40,673 bases of DNA from a virus: UHGV virus genome UHGV-1386588; one strand, 5' to 3'. Under the pieces are notes generated by a model. That model searched no databases, was not told the DNA's origin, and saw only the letters and a program-made list of their open reading frames with translations. Positions 1 to 8,625 of the stretch are shown here, one piece after another. The translations under genes were made by a program, and so were the position numbers. Positions within the stretch are counted from its first letter, which is position 1. The number at the start of each line of letters is the position of its first letter.

Positions 1-121
1 GTAGCGGCAGGAGTCTATGAACACGTTTCAGTGAAACCATTTAAGAAAGTGTTCTAATTTATTAGAAATTTGCACTTAAATCAAAAAGTTACGGACAATT
101 CAACCACCAATCAATAAATTA

Positions 122-156
122 AAGGGCACATTAAAGTACACAATATTTGTGCCCTT
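122..156 (-). terminator. putative stem-loop downstream of invertase gene
   Basis: Perfect 9-bp inverted repeat AAGGGCACA (122-130) / TGTGCCCTT (148-156) with a 17-nt loop, A/T-rich flanks on both strands; lies just 3' of the invertase stop at 176. The long loop makes it a weak call. Confidence 0.3.
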
Positions 157-175
157 CTCTGTTTCTTTCCCGTTA

Positions 176-724
176 TCAGCTAGCTGGAAACTTTTTATAC
201 AGAGTTGAGAGCCCTACTCCATACGTTTTTGATACGCTTTGTCGTGATTCACCGGTTGCCATCCGCTCCCCCATTTCCCTCCATTGCTCATCCGTGAACT
301 TAGGCCTGCGACCACCAACTCGCCCTTTTGCCCTGGCTACGGCCAGCCCTGCTAAGGTACGTTCGCTATTAAGATCAGATTCATATTGTGCTGCGGAAAG
401 GATGTTACGAAAGTTATAGCGGCCGCTGGCTGTTTTGAGATCCACGCCATCGGTAATACTGCGGAAGTTGATACCCTTTTCCTGTAACTGCTGGAACATC
501 AACAGCGCATGCAGAACGTTGCGGCCTATCCTGTCCAGCTTCCAGACCACCAGTTCATCCCCCGGCTGCATAGTGGCGATCAGCCGTTTTAGAACCGGCC
601 GATTCGATTTCCTCCCGCTGGCATGCTCTTCAAAAATTTTCTCACAACCCGCTGACTTGAGCGCCGTTAGTTGCAATTCAGTGTCCTGGTGGTTTGTTGA
701 TACTCGGGCATAACCGTAAATCAT
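176..724 (-). CDS. pin: serine-recombinase DNA invertase (Pin/Gin/Hin/Cin family)
   Basis: N-terminus MIYGYARVSTNHQDTELQ is the resolvase/invertase catalytic motif with the active-site Ser; C-terminal HTH. ATG at 722-724 preceded by AACAGGAGA RBS; the ORF-track start at 883 is a TTG extension. Adjacent to an invertible tail-fibre segment. Confidence 0.9.
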   Translation of the reverse strand: MIYGYARVSTNHQDTELQLTALKSAGCEKIFEEHASGRKSNRPVLKRLIATMQPGDELVVWKLDRIGRNVLHALLMFQQLQEKGINFRSITDGVDLKTASGRYNFRNILSAAQYESDLNSERTLAGLAVARAKGRVGGRRPKFTDEQWREMGERMATGESRQSVSKTYGVGLSTLYKKFPAS

Positions 725-776
725 GGGATTTCTCCTGTTATGAAAACAGGAGAAACGGCGAAGCATCACCAGATTT

Positions 777-1211
777 TTGATGGTTATAAAAAAGGTTGGT
801 TTGGGAGAAGGTTCGGCATTACCCGTTGGCGTGCCTGTTCCGTGGCCTTCCGCCACTCCGCCAACAGGCTGGCTGAAATGCAACGGTGCCGCTTTTTCTG
901 CTGAAGAATACCCGGAACTGGCGAAGGCTTATCCGACAAATAAAGTGCCTGATTTACGCGGTGAATTTATTCGTGGCTGGGATGATGGTCGAGGGATAGA
1001 TAGTGGCCGTGCATTGCTATCTGCGCAGGGAGGAGCAATCCAATCTCATACGCATTTATTAGCTGTCCGAGTTAGCGGGGCAACATCAGCTACCAGCGCA
1101 GATGATGTATTAAAAACCGGAGGCACCTCCAGTAGGGAAACTAATGCGACGGGTGGGACTGAAACAAGGCCGCGCAACATTGCATTTAACTACATTGTAA
1201 GGGCAGCATGA
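777..1211 (+). CDS. alternative tail-fibre C-terminal variable cassette (promoterless in this orientation)
   Basis: ORF opens at the crossover site and encodes VGLGEGS across it, in the same codon phase as the NLGLGE encoded across the other repeat inside the expressed fibre gene; inversion would fuse it in frame to the constant fibre N-terminus. Stop overlaps the next start (ATGATGA). Confidence 0.7.
   Translation: MMVIKKVGLGEGSALPVGVPVPWPSATPPTGWLKCNGAAFSAEEYPELAKAYPTNKVPDLRGEFIRGWDDGRGIDSGRALLSAQGGAIQSHTHLLAVRVSGATSATSADDVLKTGGTSSRETNATGGTETRPRNIAFNYIVRAA
784..809. repeat. invertase crossover site (right inverted repeat)
   Basis: TTATAAAAAAGGTTGGTTTGGGAGAA; resembles hix/gix sites and is the inverted partner of 2581-2606 (reverse complement TTACCACAAACCTTGGTTTAGGAGAA), identical over the TTGGTTT(A/G)GGAGAA half. 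Confidence 0.8.
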
Positions 1212-1819
1212 TGACCACAAAAAAAATCACTTTGGATGAAAACGGTTTTGCCACTGAGGCTGGATTTATTACCGTTTACAACTACAATGGCGAAACGCGT
1301 GAATATATTGGTTCATCCGTTGAATATCTGCCGGTTGGCGCTGGCGTTCCAGCTAATTCCTGCGTTGATGCGCCGGGCAGCAAAAAAGAAGGTTTCGCAA
1401 TCTGCCGCAAGGCTGATTTAACCAGTTGGGAATACGTTGCTGACCATCGTGGCGAAACTGTTTACAACACTGAAAACGGCGATGAAATCACCATCACCGA
1501 AATTGGCGAATATCCTGAAAATACAACCACTATCGCCCCGTTAACTCCATACGATGAATGGGATGGTGAGAAATGGGTGACAGATACTGAGGCACAGCAT
1601 AGCGCCGCAGTAGAAGCGGCAGAAGCACAGCGCCAGTCACTGATTGATGCTGCAATGGCTTCGATCAGTCTGATTCAGCTGAAATTACAGGCCGGGCGGA
1701 AGCTGACGCAGGCAGAAACCACCCGGCTTAACGCCGTGCTTGATTACATTGACGCGGTGACGGCAACAGATACGAGCACCGCGCCGGATGTCATCTGGCC
1801 TGAACTGCCGGAGGCGTAG
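1208..1819 (+). CDS. tfa: tail fibre assembly protein (Tfa; partner of the alternative cassette)
   Basis: 203 aa; Tfa/Mu-U-like layout with conserved C-terminal DxxDxxxTxxAPDxxWPxxP-type tail (DAVTATDTSTAPDVIWPELP); sits immediately after the fibre cassette. Confidence 0.75.
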   Translation: MMTTKKITLDENGFATEAGFITVYNYNGETREYIGSSVEYLPVGAGVPANSCVDAPGSKKEGFAICRKADLTSWEYVADHRGETVYNTENGDEITITEIGEYPENTTTIAPLTPYDEWDGEKWVTDTEAQHSAAVEAAEAQRQSLIDAAMASISLIQLKLQAGRKLTQAETTRLNAVLDYIDAVTATDTSTAPDVIWPELPEA

Positions 1820-2234
1820 GCCATTCAATATCTGGAGCACTGGAGGTATCAACCAGTTCCAGTGCGTCCAGATAATCCAGCCACAAATTATATTGCGCCA
1901 GTTCCTCACCTTTCAGGCGACCAATCGCTGCTTTACCAGGCCATTGCTTACTGTATATGTATTCGTTGACCTGATTAATCAATTGCTGCTTTTCCAGTTC
2001 GGCTGCGGCAATTTGTTCCTCATGAGTTGGCGGTGGAATTTCCCCCCAGGTGGGAAGGCCATCATCACCCGCGATGCGTACTTTCCCTTGCAACGTTCTG
2101 TCTTCAATAAATTCCAGGTAAGTGTCATATGTCACTTCGACAATATCAGCAAGTTCCCATCCGGCCTGTTCATATTTCGCCACATCATTTTTAGCGAAAA
2201 AACTATTATTTGAGGCGCTATAAACCATTTCCAT
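1791..2234 (-). CDS. tfa: tail fibre assembly protein (Tfa; partner of the expressed fibre)
   Basis: 147 aa; C-terminus LELVDTSSAPDIEWPTPP parallels the opposite-strand Tfa; directly follows the expressed fibre gene; 3' ends of the two tfa genes converge. Confidence 0.75.
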   Translation of the reverse strand: MEMVYSASNNSFFAKNDVAKYEQAGWELADIVEVTYDTYLEFIEDRTLQGKVRIAGDDGLPTWGEIPPPTHEEQIAAAELEKQQLINQVNEYIYSKQWPGKAAIGRLKGEELAQYNLWLDYLDALELVDTSSAPDIEWPTPPAVQAR

Positions 2235-2235
2235 A

Positions 2236-2862
2236 TTAATACCCTACTGCAATATAAAAAACTGATTCACCAGCGTCCTGAGAACCTACCCCCGGAACGC
2301 CAGACCAGGCTTTGTTAATGAATGCAAAACCGGTATTACTCAGATCAGATGCTCTGTACATCGGGCTGAACATCCAGTAGTTGGCTCCATATGTTTGTCC
2401 GAAAACAATGCCATAGCACTGATTTGTAAATGGCGTAGAAAATAATTTTCCACCAGTACCAGCGATAGTCCCGAATCGCATCTGGAACCCATTCGGGAAA
2501 TTAATTCCGCCTGCCGGTGAAGACCAGTAAGACATATCAGGTATCTGATTATCTCCTGTGCCCACATCCCTTTTCGCCGCTTCTCCTAAACCAAGGTTTG
2601 TGGTAATCGCTGTCGCCAGCTTTGCCACCAGTCCATCAACGTCACCATCATCGAGCGCGTCCAGTTCGGCGTTCGCGATAAACTGCCCCAGTACAGCCGC
2701 CATCGTCGACGGTTGGCGCAGCGCTTTACTGACCTGTGCGCTGGATGCTTTACCCGAGGAGAATCCTTTCTTCAGTGCGGTTAGCGTCTCCCATTCCTCC
2801 TGCGAGGTAACATTTGCATTAGCATCTGTCGCAAACGCTTTAAAATCATTAGTTCCAGCCAT
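2236..2862 (-). CDS. stf: side tail fibre protein (constant N-terminus outside, variable C-terminus inside the invertible segment)
   Basis: Start chosen at ATG 2860-2862 overlapping the upstream stop (TAATG); 208 aa; the crossover repeat at 2581-2606 lies inside the gene, splitting constant from variable part. Confidence 0.75.
   Translation of the reverse strand: MAGTNDFKAFATDANANVTSQEEWETLTALKKGFSSGKASSAQVSKALRQPSTMAAVLGQFIANAELDALDDGDVDGLVAKLATAITTNLGLGEAAKRDVGTGDNQIPDMSYWSSPAGGINFPNGFQMRFGTIAGTGGKLFSTPFTNQCYGIVFGQTYGANYWMFSPMYRASDLSNTGFAFINKAWSGVPGVGSQDAGESVFYIAVGY
2581..2606. repeat. invertase crossover site (left inverted repeat)
   Basis: TTCTCCTAAACCAAGGTTTGTGGTAA, close to hixL-like consensus (AAACC..GGTTT core); inverted partner of 784-809. 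Confidence 0.8.
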
Positions 2863-3542
2863 TAAAGTAATCTCCCCCATGCGCCGTCATCAAAACCGGC
2901 GATGTATTCGTTATCCATGTCAAATCCAAAGAATTTTGTTCCTTCGGACGGTGTTTCGACCGAGGGTGTTTCAACGCCGCCAGCCCATACACCAGCAGCT
3001 TTAACGGTGAGATAACCCTGTTTGATAGCGGCTATCAGTTCGAGTGACACATCAGAAATATCAGTCTCGGGAAAAACCCAGACCGATATCGTCATGTCCT
3101 GGTTATCGACGATCTGCATCTTCAGTCCAGAGCCTGCGGTAGCAGCGTCAAGGATGGGAGGCAGAGAGTCGTTCCGACCATCCCAGTTGTTGATAGCGAT
3201 TTTCGCTTTCAGAATGATGCGGTACGTCTCATCACTCAGCGTCGTATAGCCAGAATCAGGATCATATGGCCCTTGCCAGATGCCCTGGTCATATCCGAGC
3301 CCGTCAGTGTCCCAGCTGAAATAAACGCCGCTAATTGGCTGGCTGACTATACGACTACGCCCAATCCACAGGCCGAGGATATCGAGTTGCACGCCAACCG
3401 CCGTATCGATATCGAAGGCTGTTACAAGCCCTGACATAGTGCTGGACACATCAATCAGCGGGCGGGTGCTCAGATCTATATGGTCAAAAAAGAGTGGCTT
3501 GGTAGCGTGGTAGTTAGTGATCAGTTCGGTGTATTTGCTCAT
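2862..3542 (-). CDS. baseplate protein (Mu gp48 / P2 gpI-like)
   Basis: 226 aa, between the J-like gene and the fibre; ATG overlaps the upstream stop (ATGA). Family recalled from gene order and size, not searched. Confidence 0.6.
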   Translation of the reverse strand: MSKYTELITNYHATKPLFFDHIDLSTRPLIDVSSTMSGLVTAFDIDTAVGVQLDILGLWIGRSRIVSQPISGVYFSWDTDGLGYDQGIWQGPYDPDSGYTTLSDETYRIILKAKIAINNWDGRNDSLPPILDAATAGSGLKMQIVDNQDMTISVWVFPETDISDVSLELIAAIKQGYLTVKAAGVWAGGVETPSVETPSEGTKFFGFDMDNEYIAGFDDGAWGRLL

Positions 3543-4738
3543 GAGGTCACCGTGATAGTGACGTGACTCGCAACGCATGACGCAGATTCGTCATAAGCAA
3601 TATCGATATTTCCGCTTGCGACTGAGTCAGAGGATTTGCCGATGAGCAGCTCCTGAATGTCGTAATAGCGAGCACTGCCTCCGCTTACCACGCCAAGGTT
3701 TGCCGGGGAATAAATACGACTCAGCAGAACGTCGTCGCCAATTGTCAGGCCATTAATATAGCCGGCAACAGCCTGTTTGATCTGCTCGCCGATTTGAGAG
3801 GTATACCCGGTAAAAACTTTCAGGGTAATGGCTACGAAAATTGGCACATCGGTAGAGCGTGAAAAACTGATGACGTGAGGATTACCGTAAGTATCCGGCA
3901 CCGTGACAGAAGTTGTCCCGTAGGTTGCCGTTCCCTGTCCTTTATTCCCCCTGATGGTCTGGGCTATTTCGGTAACATCCCCACCATCGACGATGGCGGA
4001 AATTGAGTGCGGCGGCAGCCCGTTGCTGTCTGTTGTTCCTGTGTCGTTCTCATACAACTTGTGACGTGTCACGCCAGCAACGTTAGCTATTGCACCGTCG
4101 ACACCTTCAAACGGTGTGATCGATGGTAGCGCGACGCTTTGCCCCTGCCGAATGCGCAGCTCTGCGTCGGTTTCGGCTGGTGAACCGACAGTAGCCGAAG
4201 CTGGGTTGGTTACCGACACCCAGCCGCGAGTCGGTGTGTTAATGGTGGTAATAGTCCCGGCCATCGCCGCAACCGAACCGCTATTCGCACATGTGGCCGT
4301 CACCAGCACAGTACCATCAACGCCGATCGCTACACTTGCGGGAAAATTCCAGATAATGCCGTTTTTATCCCGTGCGGAGCCATTCGTGATAGTCGTGCCT
4401 GCCGTACCGGTTAACAGAAGGTCAGCAGTAGAGTTTGTCGCTACTTTTCGCGTGATCCCGTTAATTTTCACATTGCTGCTAAGCGCTGCGGCCTGCGCTG
4501 TCGTCGGTGAAAAAGAGTTGTAGATCCCGATAGCGGTGTTGTTAGCGTCATGCACCGCAAGAGCCACCAGCGCGACCATCTGCCCGTCTTTGCTGTCTGG
4601 TTCGAGGTAGGCATCACTACCGTAAATCTGCCTGAAATAGCTGGTCAGTGTATCTAGGATTGTCTGGTAATCAGGCGCACTAATCCCCTGGGCGGTTACC
4701 GTTGCCGATAGCCCCAGCGTGTCGAGGTTCAAAGCCAT
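3539..4738 (-). CDS. baseplate J-like protein (Mu gp47 family)
   Basis: 399 aa, Gly/Thr/Ala-rich structural protein in the conserved position after the gp46-like gene; ATG at 4738 directly after the upstream stop. Confidence 0.7.
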   Translation of the reverse strand: MALNLDTLGLSATVTAQGISAPDYQTILDTLTSYFRQIYGSDAYLEPDSKDGQMVALVALAVHDANNTAIGIYNSFSPTTAQAAALSSNVKINGITRKVATNSTADLLLTGTAGTTITNGSARDKNGIIWNFPASVAIGVDGTVLVTATCANSGSVAAMAGTITTINTPTRGWVSVTNPASATVGSPAETDAELRIRQGQSVALPSITPFEGVDGAIANVAGVTRHKLYENDTGTTDSNGLPPHSISAIVDGGDVTEIAQTIRGNKGQGTATYGTTSVTVPDTYGNPHVISFSRSTDVPIFVAITLKVFTGYTSQIGEQIKQAVAGYINGLTIGDDVLLSRIYSPANLGVVSGGSARYYDIQELLIGKSSDSVASGNIDIAYDESASCVASHVTITVTS

Positions 4739-5092
4739 TTATGCCTCGCTTGTTACAGTCGTCTGGCCGTAGATTGTGTCAATGGAGGAAGTGAAGGTGA
4801 CGCGACGGCTGGTGCCGTCATAATTGGTATCGAAGGAAAGAATCGACAGAACGCCCGGTGTATCCTGTATGCGTTCGCGTATAGCCAGGATGTAGACATC
4901 TGATCGCTGCTTCCCAAGCACTGACTGAACATACGGCGTGCCTTCCGTCAGATCGAGAAACCACTGACCGCGCCACAGCTCGAAACGGGTTTTTACGGCC
5001 TGGGCGACACATTCCGGACTGTCGATAAGGAAAGTATCGTCACCCTGGCCGAAAGTGTAATCGCCTTCAGTATCTTCGCGACGGTATCGCAT
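4739..5092 (-). CDS. baseplate protein (Mu gp46 / GPW-like)
   Basis: 117 aa; ATG at 5092 overlaps the stop of the spike gene; position between spike and J-like genes. Confidence 0.6.
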   Translation of the reverse strand: MRYRREDTEGDYTFGQGDDTFLIDSPECVAQAVKTRFELWRGQWFLDLTEGTPYVQSVLGKQRSDVYILAIRERIQDTPGVLSILSFDTNYDGTSRRVTFTSSIDTIYGQTTVTSEA

Positions 5093-5832
5093 TATTGCGG
5101 CCCTCCGGTAGTTCCCCCGCCAGTCTGTACTCCGCCATGTTTATGCGTGGCGACACTGATACCAGAAGCTGTTACGTCATTCGTTACCGTCACCGGCCCA
5201 AGCATCGTCGCAGTACCGCCGCTTTCTCCCATTCCCTGAGACAGGTTACCGTTAATCGTTACGTTGCCGTTCAGCGTGATAGTCGGGGATGTGATTGTCG
5301 TTCCACCCTCAGCCGTAGCCGTAAGCTTGCCCGGCGTTTTAACGGTGATGTTATGCCCTGCTGCGACCTCTACGAACGCCGAGCCATCATCGGTTCGCAG
5401 CTGCGCGGCGCTGGTACTGATACCGCTGATTTTCTGCGCTTGCGACTGCGGGCCAACGATGGCGAACGCATCAGATAAGTCATGCTGGCGCGGGTCGACG
5501 GTCTCCTGAACGCCGCCGCTCTGCCACCAGAAATCGATGCAACGGTCGGCAAAGATCAGCAGGCACTCGTCGCCTTCTTTTACCGGAAAGGTCAGCGTGC
5601 AACCGCCGCCGCGCGGGAAGATAACCGGCACATCCACCAGCGGTTTTAATTCGGTGGAGCCATCGCCAACAATACCGCGAAGCGCTACCTCTACTGTGCA
5701 GGTAACAGTGTCAGGATCGAACGACTGAATGATGCCGGGCATCGCTACGCGCATCTGGGTAGACACCGAATCGGCAATGGCCTGCGCGGTCTGCTGCTCA
5801 CCGCCGATCTGTGATTGAGTTGGAATTGGCAT
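5092..5832 (-). CDS. baseplate central spike protein (gpV / Mu gp45-like)
   Basis: 246 aa; Gly/Thr-rich C-terminal beta-helix-like repeats ending SVATHKHGGVQTGGGTTGG (His-containing apex motif typical of gpV spikes). Confidence 0.8.
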   Translation of the reverse strand: MPIPTQSQIGGEQQTAQAIADSVSTQMRVAMPGIIQSFDPDTVTCTVEVALRGIVGDGSTELKPLVDVPVIFPRGGGCTLTFPVKEGDECLLIFADRCIDFWWQSGGVQETVDPRQHDLSDAFAIVGPQSQAQKISGISTSAAQLRTDDGSAFVEVAAGHNITVKTPGKLTATAEGGTTITSPTITLNGNVTINGNLSQGMGESGGTATMLGPVTVTNDVTASGISVATHKHGGVQTGGGTTGGPQ

Positions 5833-5837
5833 AAAAA

Positions 5838-5866
5838 CCCCATAAAAAAACCAGCCGAAGCTGGTT
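5838..5866 (-). terminator. rho-independent terminator (minus strand) between moron and spike gene
   Basis: Stem AACCAGC / GCTGGTT with CGAA loop, followed on the minus strand by TTTTTTATGGGGTTTTTAT. Confidence 0.7.
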
Positions 5867-6043
5867 TGGTATCAATTACTAAGCTACATCAGTGTGAAGT
5901 AAGGCTTTTCCGCTGCAATGGCACACATTCACAAGGTGTATTAGGATATGTTTGCAACAAGTAAGCATTAAAAATCAATTTCAGCCATGAAGCCGCCATA
6001 GAGTGGACCTGCACCATCGCATTCTTGACTACAGGAGTAACAA

Positions 6044-6334
6044 ATGGGATTTAGATTTCGCAAAAGAATCCGGATTGCGCCCGGACTCGCGATCAACATT
6101 AGTAAAAGCGGAGTAAGCACTTCAATTGGTGGTAAAGGTTCCACCATTAACATCGGGAAAAAAGGCGTAAAGATGACAAATGGCCTTCCCGGCACGGGGC
6201 TGTCGCATACCACTAACCTTTACTCTCCCGGGAAATCGACAGAAAAAAAACAACTTACTCATAAGCAAAAAATAATTAGAAACATCCTGTTCGTAATTAT
6301 TGTGTTTATTATAATTAAAGCTCAATATTTTTGA
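6044..6334 (+). CDS. small membrane-anchored protein, DUF4236-like N-terminus
   Basis: ATG at 6044 with strong RBS (ACAGGAGTAACAA-ATG); N-terminus MGFRFRKRIRIAPGLAINISKSGVSTSIGGKG matches my recollection of the DUF4236 signature; C-terminal hydrophobic helix ILFVIIVFIIIKA; transcribed opposite to the tail operon. Confidence 0.65.
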   Translation: MGFRFRKRIRIAPGLAINISKSGVSTSIGGKGSTINIGKKGVKMTNGLPGTGLSHTTNLYSPGKSTEKKQLTHKQKIIRNILFVIIVFIIIKAQYF

Positions 6335-6339
6335 CGCAT

Positions 6340-6370
6340 GCCCGCCTATCTGGCGGGCTATTTTACTTTT
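6340..6370 (+). terminator. rho-independent terminator after the DUF4236-like gene
   Basis: Stem GCCCGCC / GGCGGGC (loop TATCT) followed by TATTTTACTTTT; overlaps the stop codon of the convergent lipoprotein gene. Confidence 0.7.
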
Positions 6371-7236
6371 CGGCAGTCGTATGTTGCATACTGACGCGGC
6401 GAATCCATGCTGGCTTGCAACCACTGTGCGTTGAGAATGGCTTTGCCGTTTCGATTGATGTACTCAAGACCAACCCAGCGGCCAGGCTGGTCAGTATCAA
6501 CCATCCACTCCATTTTGACGTTATCCGGCTCACGGTTTGTACTGCCACCTGTACCAATTGGAGTAATTTTTTGCGTCTCTGGTTTCACGCCATTAATTCT
6601 GGCCCAACCATCAGCAGACGACAGGTCTATCGTATAAGGCCCACAAGTAGTCTTGTAGTTCACACCAAGTTTTTCGTTGCTGTGTGCTTTTTTGCTTTTT
6701 TCGTAATCGGCCTTCGCTACATCATTCATCTTTTGATAGATAGCAGGCTGCTGCAAAGAAAAATCATTTAGCCTCTTAACAAAAACCTCACGTGAAACCT
6801 CTGCAAGGCCCATTGGTTTTCTGTCAATGGTGTAGTCATCATATATCTTTGATATTACAGTTAATGATGAAAGATTTTTAGCTAAGTTATTTTCAAAGTT
6901 AAGGTAATTTAGCGGAGAATTATCTCTTACATCAATAGCCCCAACGCCACCGGTACCGTACTCATGATATGCAGCATAAAAAACAGGGATCATCTCTGGC
7001 TTTTTATTAATCGCCTTAATCAACCCTTCGGGACCGCAAGATTCCCCACTCCAGTCGATAAGCGACTTACCTTTCGATTGCCATGTTTGGCAATCGTCTG
7101 CCGATAAGATTAAAATTGGCTGCCACCCCGGGCGTTTTTTGTAACTAACATTCTTATCAGAATTGAAGCCTGCATTTGCGCATCCAGAAACGAGCAGCAC
7201 CGACAGGAAAAGCACACTGTATCGAAGTCCATTCAT
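6358..7236 (-). CDS. putative outer-membrane lipoprotein (moron)
   Basis: ATG at 7234-7236 gives MNGLRYSVLFLSVLLVSGC: n-region with Arg, hydrophobic core, lipobox LVSG-C, Ala at +2; 292 aa; no family recognised; AT-rich relative to flanking tail genes. Confidence 0.7.
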   Translation of the reverse strand: MNGLRYSVLFLSVLLVSGCANAGFNSDKNVSYKKRPGWQPILILSADDCQTWQSKGKSLIDWSGESCGPEGLIKAINKKPEMIPVFYAAYHEYGTGGVGAIDVRDNSPLNYLNFENNLAKNLSSLTVISKIYDDYTIDRKPMGLAEVSREVFVKRLNDFSLQQPAIYQKMNDVAKADYEKSKKAHSNEKLGVNYKTTCGPYTIDLSSADGWARINGVKPETQKITPIGTGGSTNREPDNVKMEWMVDTDQPGRWVGLEYINRNGKAILNAQWLQASMDSPRQYATYDCRKVK

Positions 7237-7248
7237 GTTCTTATACAC

Positions 7249-8316
7249 TCAACCTCCTCCTGAACGAGCTATAGTCGCCTGGCTAATCAGATCACGAGCA
7301 CCACGCGCAAAACACATTAAATCCATGTACCACGCCTGACCTCTAGTGTCGCCAGTATAGTCGATAGCTTTGACGATATAAACGCCATCCGTCGCAATGC
7401 TGGCTGCCTGTGACGTCGTGCCGGTCAGCACGCGGTTGCCGTTCTCTTCTGTTTCGGTGATACGCCCGGGCGACTGTGCTATTTCGCTATTGCCGAGCGT
7501 GGCGCGGTACACCGAAGCCTGATCGAGCTGGATAAGGCCATTGATGCGGATGTTCGGGTTTATCAGGCACCGCACGTTTACGCCGCCGCCCATCGTCTGC
7601 TGCGGCATACCGATCAGGCCAGTATCTGCATTCAACACAATGGCTTCGTGAATATATTTATCCTCCGGCACCATCTGGACCTGACCATCCACCAGCTGCC
7701 ATGTCGCTTTGCACTGCGCAGCAATATTATCCATCACGTTACGGGTGGATGAGTAAATCGCGCGGCCACGAGGAAAGACGGTATCTGGAAAGTCTCCGGT
7801 AATGCCCTGCGTTACGCCGAACGCGTTGAAATCCTGCATAGTCGCCCGGTGCAGGTCCGCAACGGTATAACCAGCGGCAAGCGTGGTGATGGTGGTCGCA
7901 TAGAGAAACGCTTCGTGATCACCAATGGCCTGAATCAACACCCAGGAATCCGTAATGTTGTCCTTCCCGGTGACGGTGAAGCGAATATCACCGTCAAATA
8001 TCAGGCCGTAGTTCTGACCGTTCACCTGCCCTACCTGGTCTGGTGAAATCTCCAGGGCGACACCAACCTGGCTCGCATCAACATCCGGCGCTATACCGTC
8101 ATACCCGGCAATGATGCGAATTTTGGCAAACTCCTGCCCAAGTATCTTGTTCGTGGTATCGGTCGAAAGGTTGTAAATTTTCACGTTCGCCACGCGCGGC
8201 CAGCGTGTGTCTGCCCACTCGATCTGGAACGTGACCTTAAAGTTAGACAGGGAAACGCCCTGCCCGTTCTGGTCCAACAGTTGCAGCTCAAAATGGCGCA
8301 TCCAGTTAAGAGACAT
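7249..8316 (-). CDS. baseplate hub / tail protein (Mu gp44 / P2 gpD-like position)
   Basis: 355 aa structural ORF in the tail module, ATG at 8316, tightly packed with neighbours; assignment by synteny. Confidence 0.6.
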   Translation of the reverse strand: MSLNWMRHFELQLLDQNGQGVSLSNFKVTFQIEWADTRWPRVANVKIYNLSTDTTNKILGQEFAKIRIIAGYDGIAPDVDASQVGVALEISPDQVGQVNGQNYGLIFDGDIRFTVTGKDNITDSWVLIQAIGDHEAFLYATTITTLAAGYTVADLHRATMQDFNAFGVTQGITGDFPDTVFPRGRAIYSSTRNVMDNIAAQCKATWQLVDGQVQMVPEDKYIHEAIVLNADTGLIGMPQQTMGGGVNVRCLINPNIRINGLIQLDQASVYRATLGNSEIAQSPGRITETEENGNRVLTGTTSQAASIATDGVYIVKAIDYTGDTRGQAWYMDLMCFARGARDLISQATIARSGGG

Positions 8317-8318
8317 TT

Positions 8319-8624
8319 CTACTCCTGTACGAAAATGAGGTGGCTGTATGTGCCGAGGTTGGTTTTGGTGGGCTCGTCTGGTGCGCCCTTATCGGTCGCC
8401 ACCACCAGCGCGCCATCAATGCCAAGCTGTGGATATTGTCGTAAAAGGTTTACGCCGGTCAGTAGAGGTACGCCAGAGAGAAGCGCGGCACCGCCGCTAT
8501 CCATCACGTCCATAATCCAGCCAGCCGCATCACGCCAGATGATCCTGAGTGTATACGTGGTATTGCCCAGCAAAACGCGGAACTGCTGATTGTCAGGAGA
8601 AAGCGGTATTTCGTTAAACTGCAT
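8319..8624 (-). CDS. tail protein (small, function unassigned)
   Basis: 101 aa, ATG at 8624, 2-3 bp from flanking genes in the TMP-baseplate block. Confidence 0.55.
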   Translation of the reverse strand: MQFNEIPLSPDNQQFRVLLGNTTYTLRIIWRDAAGWIMDVMDSGGAALLSGVPLLTGVNLLRQYPQLGIDGALVVATDKGAPDEPTKTNLGTYSHLIFVQE

Positions 8625-8625
8625 A

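Larger units (their letters stand above)
784..2606. other. invertible DNA segment (tail-fibre host-range switch, e14 P-segment / Mu G-segment type)
   Basis: About 1.8 kb bounded by 26-bp inverted repeats, with a fibre-tip + assembly gene pair on each strand converging in the middle and the invertase gene immediately outside. Confidence 0.8.

Noticed and set aside
176-883. Extended 235-aa version of the invertase ORF
   Set aside because: The extension starts at a TTG and adds 53 residues with no similarity to invertase N-termini; the conserved catalytic motif begins right after an internal ATG with a good RBS (722-724).
2558-3004. 148-aa plus-strand ORF across the fibre/baseplate junction
   Set aside because: Antisense to two tightly coupled tail genes; Ser/Ala/Pro-rich low-complexity product.
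5095-5728. Plus-strand ORFs (5095..5478, 5264..5509, 5537..5728) within the spike gene
   Set aside because: Antisense to the gpV-like spike CDS, whose Gly/Thr-rich repeats and His apex motif clearly define the coding strand.
6122-6424. 100-aa minus-strand ORF overlapping the DUF4236-like gene and terminator
   Set aside because: Antisense to the plus-strand gene that has a strong RBS and motif support, and it reads through the terminator hairpin.
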